Shown piece after piece: positions 38,874-52,228 of a DNA stretch of 64,000 bases (the stretch's first letter is position 1; each line of letters begins with the position of its first letter). The stretch spans positions 4,832 to 68,831 of the forward strand of contig NZ_CALIST010000067.1 in assembly GCF_938041645.1 (NCBI RefSeq), given 5' to 3'. The position numbers and the translations under genes are program-made. The notes below the pieces were generated by a model that made no database searches, had not been told where the DNA came from, and saw only the letters and a program-made list of their open reading frames with translations. The stretch is from an uncultured Campylobacter sp. GTDB lineage: Bacteria > Campylobacterota > Campylobacteria > Campylobacterales > Campylobacteraceae.

Positions 38874-39677
38874 ATGAAACTACTTTTTACTTTGATCTTG
38901 CTTTGTGCGGGGCTTTTTGCAAACACGCTGCAAGAGATCAGAAATAGCGGCGTCATCAGAGTAGGCGTCAGAGATGGTAGACCGCCTTTTAGCGAGATTA
39001 GCGGCGGTAAATTTGAAGGCTTTGAGATCGAGCTTGCCAATGCGATCGCAAAGGCGATTTTCGGCGCTAAACAAGGCGAAGTGCAGTTTGTCTCTCTAAG
39101 CGCCGCCGATCGCGTCTCGTATCTAGTCAATAATAAAGTCGATATGGTCGCAGTTACCTTCGTCATCGATTCGGCGCGCAAAAATCATGTAGACTTCTCG
39201 ATGCCGTATTTTTCGACCAATCTCGGCGTACTAACTCGCAAAGCAGACGCCATCAAAGATATATCGCGTTTGCGCGATATAAGGCTCATAACCGAAGAGG
39301 GCACGACCGTAGATAATTACCTCAAAAAAGAGAAATTTAGTAACGTAAGCTACTGCAAAAGCACAAGCGAATGCTACGCGATGATCCGAGACGGTAAGGC
39401 TGACGGATACATAAACCTTAATATCACGGTGCTAGCCTACGCCGTCGTGGACGATACGCTCGAAGTGCCGTTTCAAAACTTCGGTAAACCTGATTTCATC
39501 GGTATTGGCGTGCAAAAAGGAAATAAGGAGCTACTTGATTTTATCAACGCAGAGCTTGTAAAACTAAGCAAAGAGGGTTTTTTCAAAAAGGCTTATCAGG
39601 ATACCTTTGAGCCTTTTTACCGCGGTACGGCGGATAAAAAATACTTCCTTTTAGATGGAATTTATGACTTGCTATAA
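38874..39677 (+). CDS. family 3 amino acid substrate-binding protein
   Basis: IRVGV...RPPF, FEGFEIELA, VDFSMPY. Confidence 0.88.
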   Translation: MKLLFTLILLCAGLFANTLQEIRNSGVIRVGVRDGRPPFSEISGGKFEGFEIELANAIAKAIFGAKQGEVQFVSLSAADRVSYLVNNKVDMVAVTFVIDSARKNHVDFSMPYFSTNLGVLTRKADAIKDISRLRDIRLITEEGTTVDNYLKKEKFSNVSYCKSTSECYAMIRDGKADGYINLNITVLAYAVVDDTLEVPFQNFGKPDFIGIGVQKGNKELLDFINAELVKLSKEGFFKKAYQDTFEPFYRGTADKKYFLLDGIYDLL

Positions 39678-39901
39678 AAGCGAGCTAGAAATTAAAATAT
39701 AAAATTTATCGAAGGCAGTTTGCATAACGAATAAATCTTGGGATTTAAAATTTAGAATTTGCGAAATTTTAAATCCCCGCTTTGCCCCTAAATTTCAAAC
39801 TTGCATACGCGCAGTGATTGAATTTTAAACCGCTTGCATTTATTTTCTCTAAAATATATAGTGCTATAATTATTTCAAAACTAAAAAGTAGGGGGCTTTT
39901 T

Positions 39902-40714
39902 ATGAGATTACTTTTTATTTTAGCCTTATTTTGCACTAGCATTTTTGCAAATACACTAGATGAAATCAGGCAGGCAGGGGTTATCAGAGTAGGCGTGCGC
40001 GAAGGTCGTCCGCCGCTAAGCGAGTCTAATAACGGCAAGTTTGAGGGCTTTGAAATCGAGCTTGCTAGCTCAATCGCCAAAGACATTTTCGGCGATAAAA
40101 AAGGCGAAGTGCAGTTCGTAGCCGTAACCGCAGGCGATAGAATCCCGTTTTTGAAAAATAATAAGGTCGATATGGTTATCGGCACCTTTATGATTACGCA
40201 AGAGCGTAAGAAGCAGGTGGATTTCTCACTTCCGTATCTATCGGTAAATTTTGGCATCGTAACGCGTAAAGAGGATCAAGTGAAGGACTTTGCGCAGGTT
40301 CGCGATATGAGAATTTCAATCGAAAAAAACCCCAACGGCTCGATGACCGAGCGCTATTTGCGCAAAGAGAAATTTAGCAATTTAGTTTACTGCAAAAATA
40401 CCTCCGAGTGCTACGCGATGATGAAGGACGGCAGAGCCGACGGTTACGCCAATGACAACATCATCGTCCTAGCCTATGCCGTCGTGGACGATACGCTTGA
40501 AGTGCCGTTTAAAAACCTAGGCGCGGCGGAATTCTTAGGCGTCGGCGTGCAAAAAGGCAATCAAAGCTTGCTTGATTTCATCAATGCCGATCTAATCAAG
40601 CTAAGCAAAGAGGGCTTTTTCAAAAAGGCTTATGAGGACACTTTCGAGCCGTTTTACCGCGGCACTGCGGATAAAAAATACTTCCTGCTAGACGGAATTT
40701 ATAATATGCTTTAG
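39902..40714 (+). CDS. family 3 amino acid substrate-binding protein (tandem paralog)
   Basis: aligns with 38874-39677 from ATG 39902. Confidence 0.88.
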   Translation: MRLLFILALFCTSIFANTLDEIRQAGVIRVGVREGRPPLSESNNGKFEGFEIELASSIAKDIFGDKKGEVQFVAVTAGDRIPFLKNNKVDMVIGTFMITQERKKQVDFSLPYLSVNFGIVTRKEDQVKDFAQVRDMRISIEKNPNGSMTERYLRKEKFSNLVYCKNTSECYAMMKDGRADGYANDNIIVLAYAVVDDTLEVPFKNLGAAEFLGVGVQKGNQSLLDFINADLIKLSKEGFFKKAYEDTFEPFYRGTADKKYFLLDGIYNML

Positions 40715-41164
40715 ATCTTAGAATTCTAAGGCGCGGAATTTTGAAATTTTGAAATTCCGCTTCGCACACGGCGAGTAGAATTCCGCGATCTGCAAATTTT
40801 GGAATTTTAGTAAGCGAGAAATTCCGCAAAATTTCAAAATTTAAAATTTTATCTCACGCTCGCTCGGTTTTAGAATATCTATTCCATTCAAAGCAAAATT
40901 CTACGCTACGAACAGAATTTTATACACGACGGAATTTTAGAATTCTACCCGCACTGCGAATTTTAAAATCCCATGCTGCAACAGAATTTCGTAGTTGAGG
41001 GCTTTTGCGCTGCGATAAAATATAAATTTATCGTGCAGTGTAGAATTCCACAGATAAGCGCGATAAATTTAAAAGGATAAAATTCTGCGTGAGCTAAATT
41101 CTGACTCACGGCAAAAGCGCAGTCGTCGCAGATACTATCGTTTAAGCTTTATGGTCGCAGAAAT

Positions 41165-41752
41165 TTACTCAAACGCCTTGTAGTGCGCCTCGTCGGCGAA
41201 TTCTAACATCTCGCGATCGCCCCTGCTGTCGCCGTAAGCGATAACGCGATCGAAAGCCTGCACGTCGTATGCTGCGCGCACGCGAGCGACCTTTTGCGCA
41301 CCGTAGCAGTTCTGCCCCTCGATCTCGCCCGTGATGATGCCGCCTTTGCGCCGTATTTTGGTGCCTAAAAGCTCTAAGCCCTGCGCATCGCACCACGGAC
41401 GCAGCCAGTCTTCTAGCGAGGCGGTGACAATGACGACCCTATCGCCCGCGGCTTTGTAGCTTGCGATCTTGTCCATCGCGCTTTGTTTTAGGATATCTTC
41501 GATGTGAGTGGTGGAGTATTTTTTGCAAATTTTATCGAATTTATCGGCGCTCATGCCCGCAAAAAAGTAGCCTAGAAGCTTTCCGCGCGTAAAATTATTG
41601 CTCGCAAGACCTAGCTTATACGCCGCTAAAATGGGCGATAGCACCAAAATCCCGCGAAAGAATTTCTTAAATCCGACTACGTAGGCGACGAACTCAAGTA
41701 GCGAATCATCACGCGTGATCGTGCCGTCAAAGTCGAATAAAACAAGATTCAT
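41165..41752 (-). CDS. HAD-IB family hydrolase
   Basis: FDFDGT, VTAS, K, YGDSRGD. Confidence 0.9.
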   Translation of the reverse strand: MNLVLFDFDGTITRDDSLLEFVAYVVGFKKFFRGILVLSPILAAYKLGLASNNFTRGKLLGYFFAGMSADKFDKICKKYSTTHIEDILKQSAMDKIASYKAAGDRVVIVTASLEDWLRPWCDAQGLELLGTKIRRKGGIITGEIEGQNCYGAQKVARVRAAYDVQAFDRVIAYGDSRGDREMLEFADEAHYKAFE

Positions 41753-41801
41753 TGTTTCTCCTAGCAAAATTTTAGCAGCTCAAATTTTAAAATTTGTCTA
41801 T

Positions 41802-41838
41802 AAAAAAGGCGTGAAATTTAAAAGCTAAATTTCACGCC
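41802..41838 (-). terminator. typA intrinsic terminator
   Basis: 13-bp perfect stem GGCGTGAAATTTA/TAAATTTCACGCC, then T6 on the - strand. Confidence 0.85.
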
Positions 41839-41864
41839 AAATTTTAAAATTTCATTTTGAAATT

Positions 41865-43667
41865 CTATTTTTTCGCCATTCGTCTGCGCGTCGTAGGATC
41901 TAAGTATCGCTTGCGCACGCGGATATTTACGGGCGTAACCTCCACAAGCTCGTCCTCTTCGATCCACTCCAGTGCGCGCTCTAAATTTAGCGCACGCGGC
42001 GGCACGAGCTTGATCGCATCGTCGCTACCGCTCGCGCGGACATTGGTTAAATTTTTACCCTTGATCGGATTGACGTCCAGATCGTTCGGGCGGCTGTGCT
42101 CGCCGATGATCATACCTAGATAGACCTTTGCCTGCGGAGCGATAAAAAGCACGCCGCGATCTTGCAGGTTCCACAGGCTGTATCCTAGCGCCACTCCGTT
42201 TTCCATACTTACGAGCGCGCCGTTTTGTCGCTTCTCGACCGCGCCGATGAAAGGGCGGAATTCCAAAAAGCTATGATTCATCACCCCTTCGCCGCGAGTA
42301 TCGGTCAAAAACTGCGAGCGAAAGCCGATAAGACCGCGCGCCGGGATCTCAAACTCCATACGCGTCTGCCCATCGCCGGTAGGGTTCATCACCTTCATCT
42401 CGGCCTTTTTACGACCGAGCTTTTCGATGACGGTGCCGGTGCAATCATCGGGCGCGTCGATAACTAAGTGCTCGAAGGGCTCACATTTGATGCCGTCGAT
42501 CTCTTTGATGATGACTTCCGGGCGCCCGAGGCAGAACTCAAAACCCTCGCGGCGCATATTTTCAGCCAAAATCGTGATCTGCAGCTCGCCGCGACCGCTT
42601 ACTTTAAATTTACCCTCGCCCGCGTTTTCATAGCGCATCGCGATGTTGGTTTTCATCTCCGCTTCCAAGCGTTCGTCGATCTTATTTGAGGTTACGAATT
42701 TACCCTCCGTGCCGGCTAGCGGTCCGTCATTTACGCTGAAAATTACGCTAAGGGTCGGCTCTTCGATATGCAGCGCATCAAGCGGAATCGGATTATTGGG
42801 ATCTACGATGCTATCGCCTACGTCAAGCGCGTCAAAGCCCGCAATCGCCACGATATCGCCGGTGCCCGCCGCGTCGATGTCGGTGCGCTCAAGCCCGCTA
42901 AAGCCGATGAGCTTTGAAATTCTACCGTTGATGTGCGTGCCGTCGGCTTTAGCTAACATAACGCTTTGGTTTTTGTTTATCGTGCCGTTGAAAATCCTAG
43001 CGATGCCGATCTTGCCTACGTAGTTGTCGTAATCGAGCGTGAAAACCTGCAGCTGCAAAGGATTGTCATCGCTACCGCTAGGGGTCGGAACATGAGAGAT
43101 GATCGTCTCAAAAAGCGGCTTCATATCGGTGCTTTCGTCGTTTAGATCGTATTTTGCGTAGCCGTTTTTGGCCGCGGCGTAGATGACGGGGAACTCAAGC
43201 TGTTCGTCGTTTGCGTCAAGCGCTACGAAAAGATCGAAAATTTCATTTACCACGCGGTCCGGATCGGCTGCGGGCTTGTCGATTTTGTTTACGACTACGA
43301 TAGGTCTGAGCCCTAAAGATAGTGCCTTTTTTACGACAAATTTTGTCTGCGGCATGACGCCTTCTTGCGCGTCGACAAGCAAAAGCACGCCGTCGACCAT
43401 CTTTAGCACGCGCTCGACCTCGCCGCCGAAATCGGCGTGGCCCGGAGTGTCGATGATGTTGATTTTAACGCCGCCGTAATGGATAGCGGTATTTTTAGAT
43501 AGTATCGTAATGCCGCGCTCGCGCTCTATGTCGTTGCTGTCCATCACGCGCTCGCCGACTTCTTGGTGATTACCAAAAGTGCCGGATTGTTTTAAAAGCT
43601 CGTCTACGATAGTGGTCTTTCCGTGATCGACGTGCGCGATGACCGCGATATTTCTGATATTTTCCAA
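41865..43667 (-). CDS. typA: translational GTPase TypA/BipA
   Basis: [38 protein letters not shown]. Confidence 0.97.
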   Translation of the reverse strand: MENIRNIAVIAHVDHGKTTIVDELLKQSGTFGNHQEVGERVMDSNDIERERGITILSKNTAIHYGGVKINIIDTPGHADFGGEVERVLKMVDGVLLLVDAQEGVMPQTKFVVKKALSLGLRPIVVVNKIDKPAADPDRVVNEIFDLFVALDANDEQLEFPVIYAAAKNGYAKYDLNDESTDMKPLFETIISHVPTPSGSDDNPLQLQVFTLDYDNYVGKIGIARIFNGTINKNQSVMLAKADGTHINGRISKLIGFSGLERTDIDAAGTGDIVAIAGFDALDVGDSIVDPNNPIPLDALHIEEPTLSVIFSVNDGPLAGTEGKFVTSNKIDERLEAEMKTNIAMRYENAGEGKFKVSGRGELQITILAENMRREGFEFCLGRPEVIIKEIDGIKCEPFEHLVIDAPDDCTGTVIEKLGRKKAEMKVMNPTGDGQTRMEFEIPARGLIGFRSQFLTDTRGEGVMNHSFLEFRPFIGAVEKRQNGALVSMENGVALGYSLWNLQDRGVLFIAPQAKVYLGMIIGEHSRPNDLDVNPIKGKNLTNVRASGSDDAIKLVPPRALNLERALEWIEEDELVEVTPVNIRVRKRYLDPTTRRRMAKK

Positions 43668-43731
43668 ATTCTTCTCCGTTTATAATTTCAAAAACTGATG
43701 ATTATACTAAAAAAATTCTTAAGATAAAAAT

Positions 43732-44151
43732 TTACGAGTATTCTTTGACTTCGCAGACAAAAAACTCATACACGCGCTGTTGGATTAGCGCATCCTCGTC
43801 ATCATCTCCAATCAAACGGCGTAGATGTGAAAAATCAATCTTTTTGATATATTTTTTGTTATTTTTGATATCTCTGTCGATCTCTTTTAGAAGCGAGTCT
43901 AAATTTAAACTTTTATAGGTTTTCGCCTTTAAGATATACTCTTTTACGATGGAAACAAGCACGCCGATGCGCTGCTCGTCGACCGGATAAATTTCGCCCG
44001 CTATATCTTTGATCACGTCGTAATCCTCGTCGGTCTGCTTCTTTTTGGCAAGCAGCATCGCGGCAAAAATTTTGGCTCTGAACTCAATAGAGCGATGATG
44101 AGGGATAAAAACCTCGCGAAATACGGATAAAAGATGATTTTTGAAATTCAT
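43732..44151 (-). CDS. conserved hypothetical protein
   Basis: 139-aa ORF with coding-like composition upstream of typA. Confidence 0.7.
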   Translation of the reverse strand: MNFKNHLLSVFREVFIPHHRSIEFRAKIFAAMLLAKKKQTDEDYDVIKDIAGEIYPVDEQRIGVLVSIVKEYILKAKTYKSLNLDSLLKEIDRDIKNNKKYIKKIDFSHLRRLIGDDDEDALIQQRVYEFFVCEVKEYS

Positions 44152-44193
44152 TTATAATCTTACTTTAAGAAACATTTCCATATAATCCCGTTT

Positions 44194-44297
44194 GCCCTTT
44201 CTTAGACCTGTGCAATGCTTTTTTTAGGCACCGCTTCAGGGTAGGAATACAGCAGAGCACTTAGATCTCGCATGTGCCGCAGCCATCTGGGAAGGGG
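44194..44297 (+). ncRNA. ffs: signal recognition particle (4.5S) RNA
   Basis: TCAGG-GTA-GGAA-TAC-AGCAG domain IV core, CCCTTTC/GGAAGGG terminal pairing, TATAAT at 44181. Confidence 0.85.
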
Positions 44298-44299
44298 TT

Positions 44300-45535
44300 T
44301 TATAAATCGATCCTATTAAGTCCGAAATGCTCTTTGAAATCATCGCAAACACTATAAAAATCGACGCCTTCAATTTTCGGCTTTGATTTGAAAAATTCCA
44401 GCATCGAATTATACCCGCTAAGCAGCTCCTTGCTTTTCACGCCGTAACTGATCGAAATCCCCGCCTCAAAAAACGCCGCTAGTTTGTCGCAATACTTAAG
44501 CGCCTTGCCGTCGATTGCGCGAAATTTGTCTTCATTAAACATCTTTAGGCTGCCTTCTGCAAATTTAGGCTCCTTGCCTAGCTCGAAGGTGCGGTTTTCG
44601 AACTCGTCTTTTATAAATTTACCGCTCTCTTTGCGGATACCCAAAATATAGCTAAAATCATCTCTCATATGTTCCGGCACGAATGGTAAAATTTTATCGT
44701 CTATTAGCCGCATCTCATATTCGCTAATGATGTCGCTAAGGCCCTTAACGCCGTATTTTACGGGGCTAATGATGTCGCGAGTGAGGCTTTCGGGCAAATC
44801 GTGAAATAGAGCACAGAAAAAATTATATGCCGTGCGCGAGCGGCACGCACCAACTTCAAGCGAGAAAAAGTAACTTAAAATCGCAACTACCAGCATGTGC
44901 CCAAGCACCGATGTCTCAGGGATGCGCGGCGTCTGTGCCCAGCGCTTTTGAAAACGAAGTCTGCCGCTAAGATCGACTATGCGAGCGAGTTTTTTATTCA
45001 TCACAATCTTTCGCACGCCGATAAGCTCGTAATAATCCTCAAGCTCCTCCTCAACCTTGGCTTTTAGCTCCTCGATATCGTTTAAAAACTGGCTAGTTTG
45101 ATAGACGATGTTAAATTCCCACCGCGTAGAGAGGTAACTAGCCGCCTTTAAGATCACCGCTTCTTTCTTATGATCCTTGGAATTTAGATATTTTTTAAAT
45201 CGCTCTAAAAACTCGCCGTTTTGAATAGGCAAAAGATCGCTTTCCAGGACGCTTAAAACCCATTCGTTGATCTTTTTTTTCTTGGTTTTTTGGATCTGAT
45301 GAAAGACGTCCGGACGGATGTCGGTCACGACGATGCGCGCTAAAAACTCGAAAATCCCGGCTTCTATCACATAGTTGATATCTACATCGCGCTCAAAGCT
45401 AGCGATAAAATAAGCGATGATAAATTTATGTGCCTGCTTGTCGAGCTCGACTAAGCTCACCATCTTTGGGTAATCGTTCCAGCGGCTAATGCTTGCGGAT
45501 TTAAAAATTTGTTCGACTAAATTTGAGCTTATCAT
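44300..45535 (-). CDS. HD-domain protein (tandem YfbR-like domains)
   Basis: RW...ETSVLGH, ALFHDLPE..TRDI, CDKL in the second half; degenerate first domain. Confidence 0.85.
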   Translation of the reverse strand: MISSNLVEQIFKSASISRWNDYPKMVSLVELDKQAHKFIIAYFIASFERDVDINYVIEAGIFEFLARIVVTDIRPDVFHQIQKTKKKKINEWVLSVLESDLLPIQNGEFLERFKKYLNSKDHKKEAVILKAASYLSTRWEFNIVYQTSQFLNDIEELKAKVEEELEDYYELIGVRKIVMNKKLARIVDLSGRLRFQKRWAQTPRIPETSVLGHMLVVAILSYFFSLEVGACRSRTAYNFFCALFHDLPESLTRDIISPVKYGVKGLSDIISEYEMRLIDDKILPFVPEHMRDDFSYILGIRKESGKFIKDEFENRTFELGKEPKFAEGSLKMFNEDKFRAIDGKALKYCDKLAAFFEAGISISYGVKSKELLSGYNSMLEFFKSKPKIEGVDFYSVCDDFKEHFGLNRIDL

Positions 45536-45912
45536 CGGTAAATTTGATCCGAGTTTATTTCGATTACCGTGTGGACGTTGCCGCGCGGATTAAAATCGCC
45601 CGTGATTTTCATAAATTTAGGCTTCAGCTTGCTTTGAAGCGCGCCGTAAATTTCATTTATACTATCCTCATGGCTGATGTAGCGGTTCATGAATGAATTT
45701 ATATAAAGTTTAATCGCTTTAAGTTCGACTACGAGCTTGTTAGGGATATATTCCAAATAGATCGTCGCAAAGTCCGGATAGCCCGAGCGCGGGCAATGGC
45801 AGCAAAACTCGGGCAGAGTGATTTTTATTAAATAATCACGCTCCTGTTTATTGGGCCAAACTTCCATCTTTTCTATGTCGAATTTCTCAATTTCCTCTTC
45901 GCCGTATCTCAC
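45532..45912 (-). CDS. queF: preQ0 reductase (short, type I)
   Basis: EF...CPRSGYPDFA, ELKAIKLY, SHE, FNPRG. Confidence 0.93.
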   Translation of the reverse strand: MRYGEEEIEKFDIEKMEVWPNKQERDYLIKITLPEFCCHCPRSGYPDFATIYLEYIPNKLVVELKAIKLYINSFMNRYISHEDSINEIYGALQSKLKPKFMKITGDFNPRGNVHTVIEINSDQIYR

Positions 45913-47341
45913 TGTAATCTCCTTAAATTCGATATATCATTCGGTTTTTCGACGCAAAATCCCTGAATATAATCGATACCCATTTTATAAAGCTGCATTT
46001 GAAATTCCTGCTTATCTACAAAGCGCATTACGGTTTTGATGCCCGATTTAGCGCAGGCTTCGTTGATGCCTATAAATATATTTTTAATCTTTTCATCGTC
46101 TAAATTTTTATTAAATTCTATGTCGTAAACGATAAAATCCACTTCCAAAAATTTTAAATATTCAAAGCTCGCGTTCGAGCCGCCGAACTGCGACAGCGCG
46201 AAGCTAAATCCAAGTTCGCGGAATTTAATTAAAATTTCATCAAAGCGCTTAATCTCCGAATAGATAAGCTTTTCGTTAAACTCAAACACGATCTTTTTCG
46301 GATCGATTAGATTATTATCGATGAGCTTTAAAATTTCATTGCGAAACTCGTTATTTCGCAGCGTCTGAGGCATAATCTCGATAAAAATTTTAGCGTCGAT
46401 ATCTTTAAAATAGATGATCCTAGAAATCTGCCTCATCATCGAAATATCGTATTTAATATCGTAATGATTTAGAAGCAAAATATCTAAAATTCTACTTTTT
46501 GTGATCTTTTCGCCGCTTCTTAGATCAAGCTTTGGGATTAAATTTATATGTGATTTTACGCCATTTTTATCTGCAACGCGCTGATATTTAAAGCTAAAAT
46601 TTTCACTATCGATCGCTTCCATAACGTCGGCGGAAAACACGTCGATTAGTACCTTCTCAACGTCGATCGCCTTCTCGCCGTGCTCTTCGTCGTCCAGGTG
46701 ATTTATCTTATAAAATAGCGCATTTACAATATTATTTAGATTGCGATCATAGGAGCTTGGAAGCATCGTAAATTCACTTTTTATCTCTACGTTTTTAATC
46801 GTTTGACTTGAAATTTTATGTTCAAACATCCGCAAAATATGGCTTAAATTCGTAGCTTTTGATTCTACTCCGAATACAAAGTAGCCATTTATAAAGCGTC
46901 CTATCGGAAGGTCCTTAAAACCCTGCTCCGCCATAAAATTTGAAAGTTCCTTACAATACTCGTATAAAATTTCATCGCCGTTTTTGTAACCGTATCGATC
47001 GTTTATGTCGATAATATTTTTAATTCGCAAAAGAACGATATTTATTTGACGATTTTTAGCTAGATCGTTACTTAAAATTTTCTCGATCTCCTCGCGCACA
47101 AACACATGCGTAACGGGATCGATCAGTGTCTTTTGAAAGCCGAAGTAAATTTGATAGATGACATAATAAACATAGCAGATCAAAAGTATCAAAAACAAAA
47201 TTACATCATCAAATTTAAACTCGCCGTTTCGGAATAAAATAATTCCGAAAACAATCAAAACGCAGGTAAACGGTACCGAAATTTTAAGTGCCGTTATGAA
47301 GCGGTTTTCGCGCTCTTTGGTCTCACTAAATAGAATAGACA

Positions 47342-47342
<1 letters not shown>
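45909..47342 (-). CDS. membrane-anchored degenerate GGDEF/EAL protein
   Basis: 2 TM, DPVT, INDRYGYKNGDEIL, EAL-fold end (FGG..ASFEYL, GIDYIQGF..KP); catalytic motifs absent. Confidence 0.8.
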
Positions 47343-49663
<2,321 letters not shown>

Positions 49664-50743
49664 TTAAATATTATTTATCGGCATGACGACCGTTTTTAAG
49701 CCATCCGCGCTAAGTACGAACGCCGTATCGGAGCTGTTAAAATCAAGCTCAAAAATTTCACTCTCTATGTTACTTAAAAAATCAAGCAGAAAGCGGTTTT
49801 TCACGCCAAAAACTATCTCTCCGTTTATATCGATTGGCGCTTCAATTTCGGTCTTTGCCTCGGAATTATCCTCGTTGATGCTCTCAAAAATCATTCCATC
49901 CTTTTTAATGGTAACCTTCATCTCCTCGCACATTGCGTTTATTGCTCGCACTCCACTTACCATCTTATCGCGCGGAATTGAAATTTTGTACGCCGTATCG
50001 CTTGGGATCACGCGCTCGTAGTTTGGAAATTTGCCGTTAATAAGCTTTGTAAAAAACTCAAAATTCTCGCTCACCGCTAGCAGCACGTTTTCGTCGTAGT
50101 AAATTTTAATTTTGTCCGAAAATAGCTTTTGAATTTCGCCTATTGCCTTTTTAGGGATTAAAATTTTAGTATCTAGCTCGCCCGCTTTTGACTGAGTGAT
50201 CAGCTTATAAACGCTAAGTCGTTTAGTATCGGTCCCGACTAAATTTAAAAAGCCCTCTTTTACGTCGATCAAAGCTCCGTTTAGCTCATATTTTGGATTG
50301 TTCGTATCGATCGAGGGATATATTTTTTTAAGGCTTCTGCCTAAAATTCCAGCATTTACGTCAAAGCTGTTTTTGCCCTCTATCGTAGGAAAGCTCGGAA
50401 AATCCCTCGTTTCAAACATCGGAAGCTTATACTTGGATTTTTTTTGCTTTACAAATAGCGCTCCGTTGACAGTTTCTAAAGTAACGTTATCGTCGCTTAG
50501 GCCTTTAATAACGCTAAGAAGCTTACCTCCGTTTGCCGTGGCTTCTCCCTTTGTTTCTATTGAGACATTTTGTAGATTGTAGCTCAAACCTATTTCATGA
50601 TCGGTAGCTTTTATACTAAAAATTCCATCTTTAGCACTCATTAAAAGATGTGATGTTATCGAGCTTAGATCTTTTTTATCAAGATAAGAGCTGGCATTGG
50701 AAACTATCTCTTCTAAAAGTTTTTTAGTGATTAACACTTTCAT
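49664..50743 (-). CDS. dnaN: DNA polymerase III beta clamp
   Basis: ATD.EI, GTDTKRL, LINGKFPNY, VVMP; lies between dnaA and gyrB. Confidence 0.95.
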   Translation of the reverse strand: MKVLITKKLLEEIVSNASSYLDKKDLSSITSHLLMSAKDGIFSIKATDHEIGLSYNLQNVSIETKGEATANGGKLLSVIKGLSDDNVTLETVNGALFVKQKKSKYKLPMFETRDFPSFPTIEGKNSFDVNAGILGRSLKKIYPSIDTNNPKYELNGALIDVKEGFLNLVGTDTKRLSVYKLITQSKAGELDTKILIPKKAIGEIQKLFSDKIKIYYDENVLLAVSENFEFFTKLINGKFPNYERVIPSDTAYKISIPRDKMVSGVRAINAMCEEMKVTIKKDGMIFESINEDNSEAKTEIEAPIDINGEIVFGVKNRFLLDFLSNIESEIFELDFNSSDTAFVLSADGLKTVVMPINNI

Positions 50744-50899
50744 ATTTTTATCCTTTTAAATTTTTATCGTTGTAGTAGTTGGTAAGAGGTTTTTGTGAAA
50801 AACTTATCCTAAAGCTTGTCTTTAGGTAGTTTATCCAGTGAGTAAGTAGCTTTGTTTTATTCACTTTCATTCACCTTTTTTGCTTTATTTTCATAAAGT
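50744..50899. other. oriC2 (unwinding subregion of a bipartite origin)
   Basis: DnaA-box-like TTTTTCACA (- strand, 50794-50802) followed by trio-like repeats and an AT tract; boxes TTATTCACT 50857 and TCATTCACC 50867. Confidence 0.8.
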
Positions 50900-52228
50900 C
50901 TAAATTTCATTCTTATCCTTTTTGGTTATTTTGTTTTTTAGCTCTTCAATTTTTATCTTTAATATCTCGTCGGTTTGAATGAGCTCGTTGATTTTTTTGA
51001 TATTTTTGCTGATGGCGCTGTGATCTTTTAGATTAAAAAATGCGGCGATTTTTGGCATTGAGTTTTGAGTTAACTGTTTGGTTAGATATATGCAAATTTG
51101 GCGCGCTTCGACGACGTTTTTAGCTCGCGTTTTGCTCTTTAGCTCGCTAGGTTTTACGTTCAGTTCTTTTGAAATCACCTCTATGACGTGTTCAAGGCTC
51201 ACGCTTGAATATTTTTGGTGAATTTGATCTTGCAGCGTACTTTTGGTAAATTCTAGCGTGATCTTTGTGCGAAGTATCGACGAGTAAGCGTTTAGCTTGT
51301 TGATTGCGCCCTCAATCTCGCGGATATTATCGCCCATATTTGCGGCGATGTATTCTACGACGTCGTGTGGAATTCTAACGCGATTTTCCTCGCTCTTTTT
51401 ATTGATAATGGCGATTTTAGTTTCTAGATTTGGCGGGGTAATGTTTGCTATTATGCCGCTTTCAAATCGCGTTGTCAGGCGACTTTCAAAGCCTTTTAGG
51501 AATTTTGGTGGTAGGTCGTTGGTAAGGACGATTTGGCAGTTTTTGTCTTTCAGCTCGTTAAACGTATAAAAAAGCTCTTCTTGAGCTTTGTCACGCCCGA
51601 TTAAAAACTGAATGTCGTCGATGAGTAAAACATCGCAGTTGCGGTATTTTTGTTTAAATTTATCGATTGAGTTGTTTTTGAGATTAAAAACAAAATCATT
51701 AGCAAATTGCTCGCTAGTGACGCAGATGACGGTCTTTCCCTTTTTGATGCAGTAATTTCCGATCGATTGAAGCAAGTGAGTTTTTCCTAGCCCGCTAGGT
51801 CCGTAGATAAAGAGCGGATTAAAGCGAATTCCGGGCTCTTTTGCGACTGTAATAGAGCACTCAAAAGCAAATTTATTTGAATCGCCGATGATAAAATTTT
51901 CAAAATTATAATTTTCGCTTAAAATGGTGCTCTTTGACTTTTCCGAGATGATTTTTACCTTTTCTTTCGGCGAAATTTTAGCTTTTGAGGTGATTTTGAC
52001 GATTACGTCGTTAAGTCCAAACTGTTTTTTGATAAGCTCTTTTATCTTAGTGCCGTATTTTGTCTGGGCATATTTGGCTATAAACTCGTTAGTTGCGTTA
52101 TAAATGAAAAATTCCGGGGTCGAGTTTTTATCGTTAAATTTCAAATTTTTAATGTATCTAGAGTATTCGGTAGGTAAAATTTCCTTCTCTAAATTCGATA
52201 AAATTTCTTGTGCTTGCGACGTCGCCAT
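50900..52228 (-). CDS. dnaA: chromosomal replication initiator
   Basis: NPLFIYGPSGLGKTHLL, LLIDDIQF, NIREIEG, KDHS. Confidence 0.97.
   Translation of the reverse strand: MATSQAQEILSNLEKEILPTEYSRYIKNLKFNDKNSTPEFFIYNATNEFIAKYAQTKYGTKIKELIKKQFGLNDVIVKITSKAKISPKEKVKIISEKSKSTILSENYNFENFIIGDSNKFAFECSITVAKEPGIRFNPLFIYGPSGLGKTHLLQSIGNYCIKKGKTVICVTSEQFANDFVFNLKNNSIDKFKQKYRNCDVLLIDDIQFLIGRDKAQEELFYTFNELKDKNCQIVLTNDLPPKFLKGFESRLTTRFESGIIANITPPNLETKIAIINKKSEENRVRIPHDVVEYIAANMGDNIREIEGAINKLNAYSSILRTKITLEFTKSTLQDQIHQKYSSVSLEHVIEVISKELNVKPSELKSKTRAKNVVEARQICIYLTKQLTQNSMPKIAAFFNLKDHSAISKNIKKINELIQTDEILKIKIEELKNKITKKDKNEI

Noticed and set aside
39818..39901. N-terminal extensions in the ORF track (also at 3763, 22203, 38785)
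   Set aside because: Downstream ATGs fit RBS position, signal peptides or paralog alignment better.
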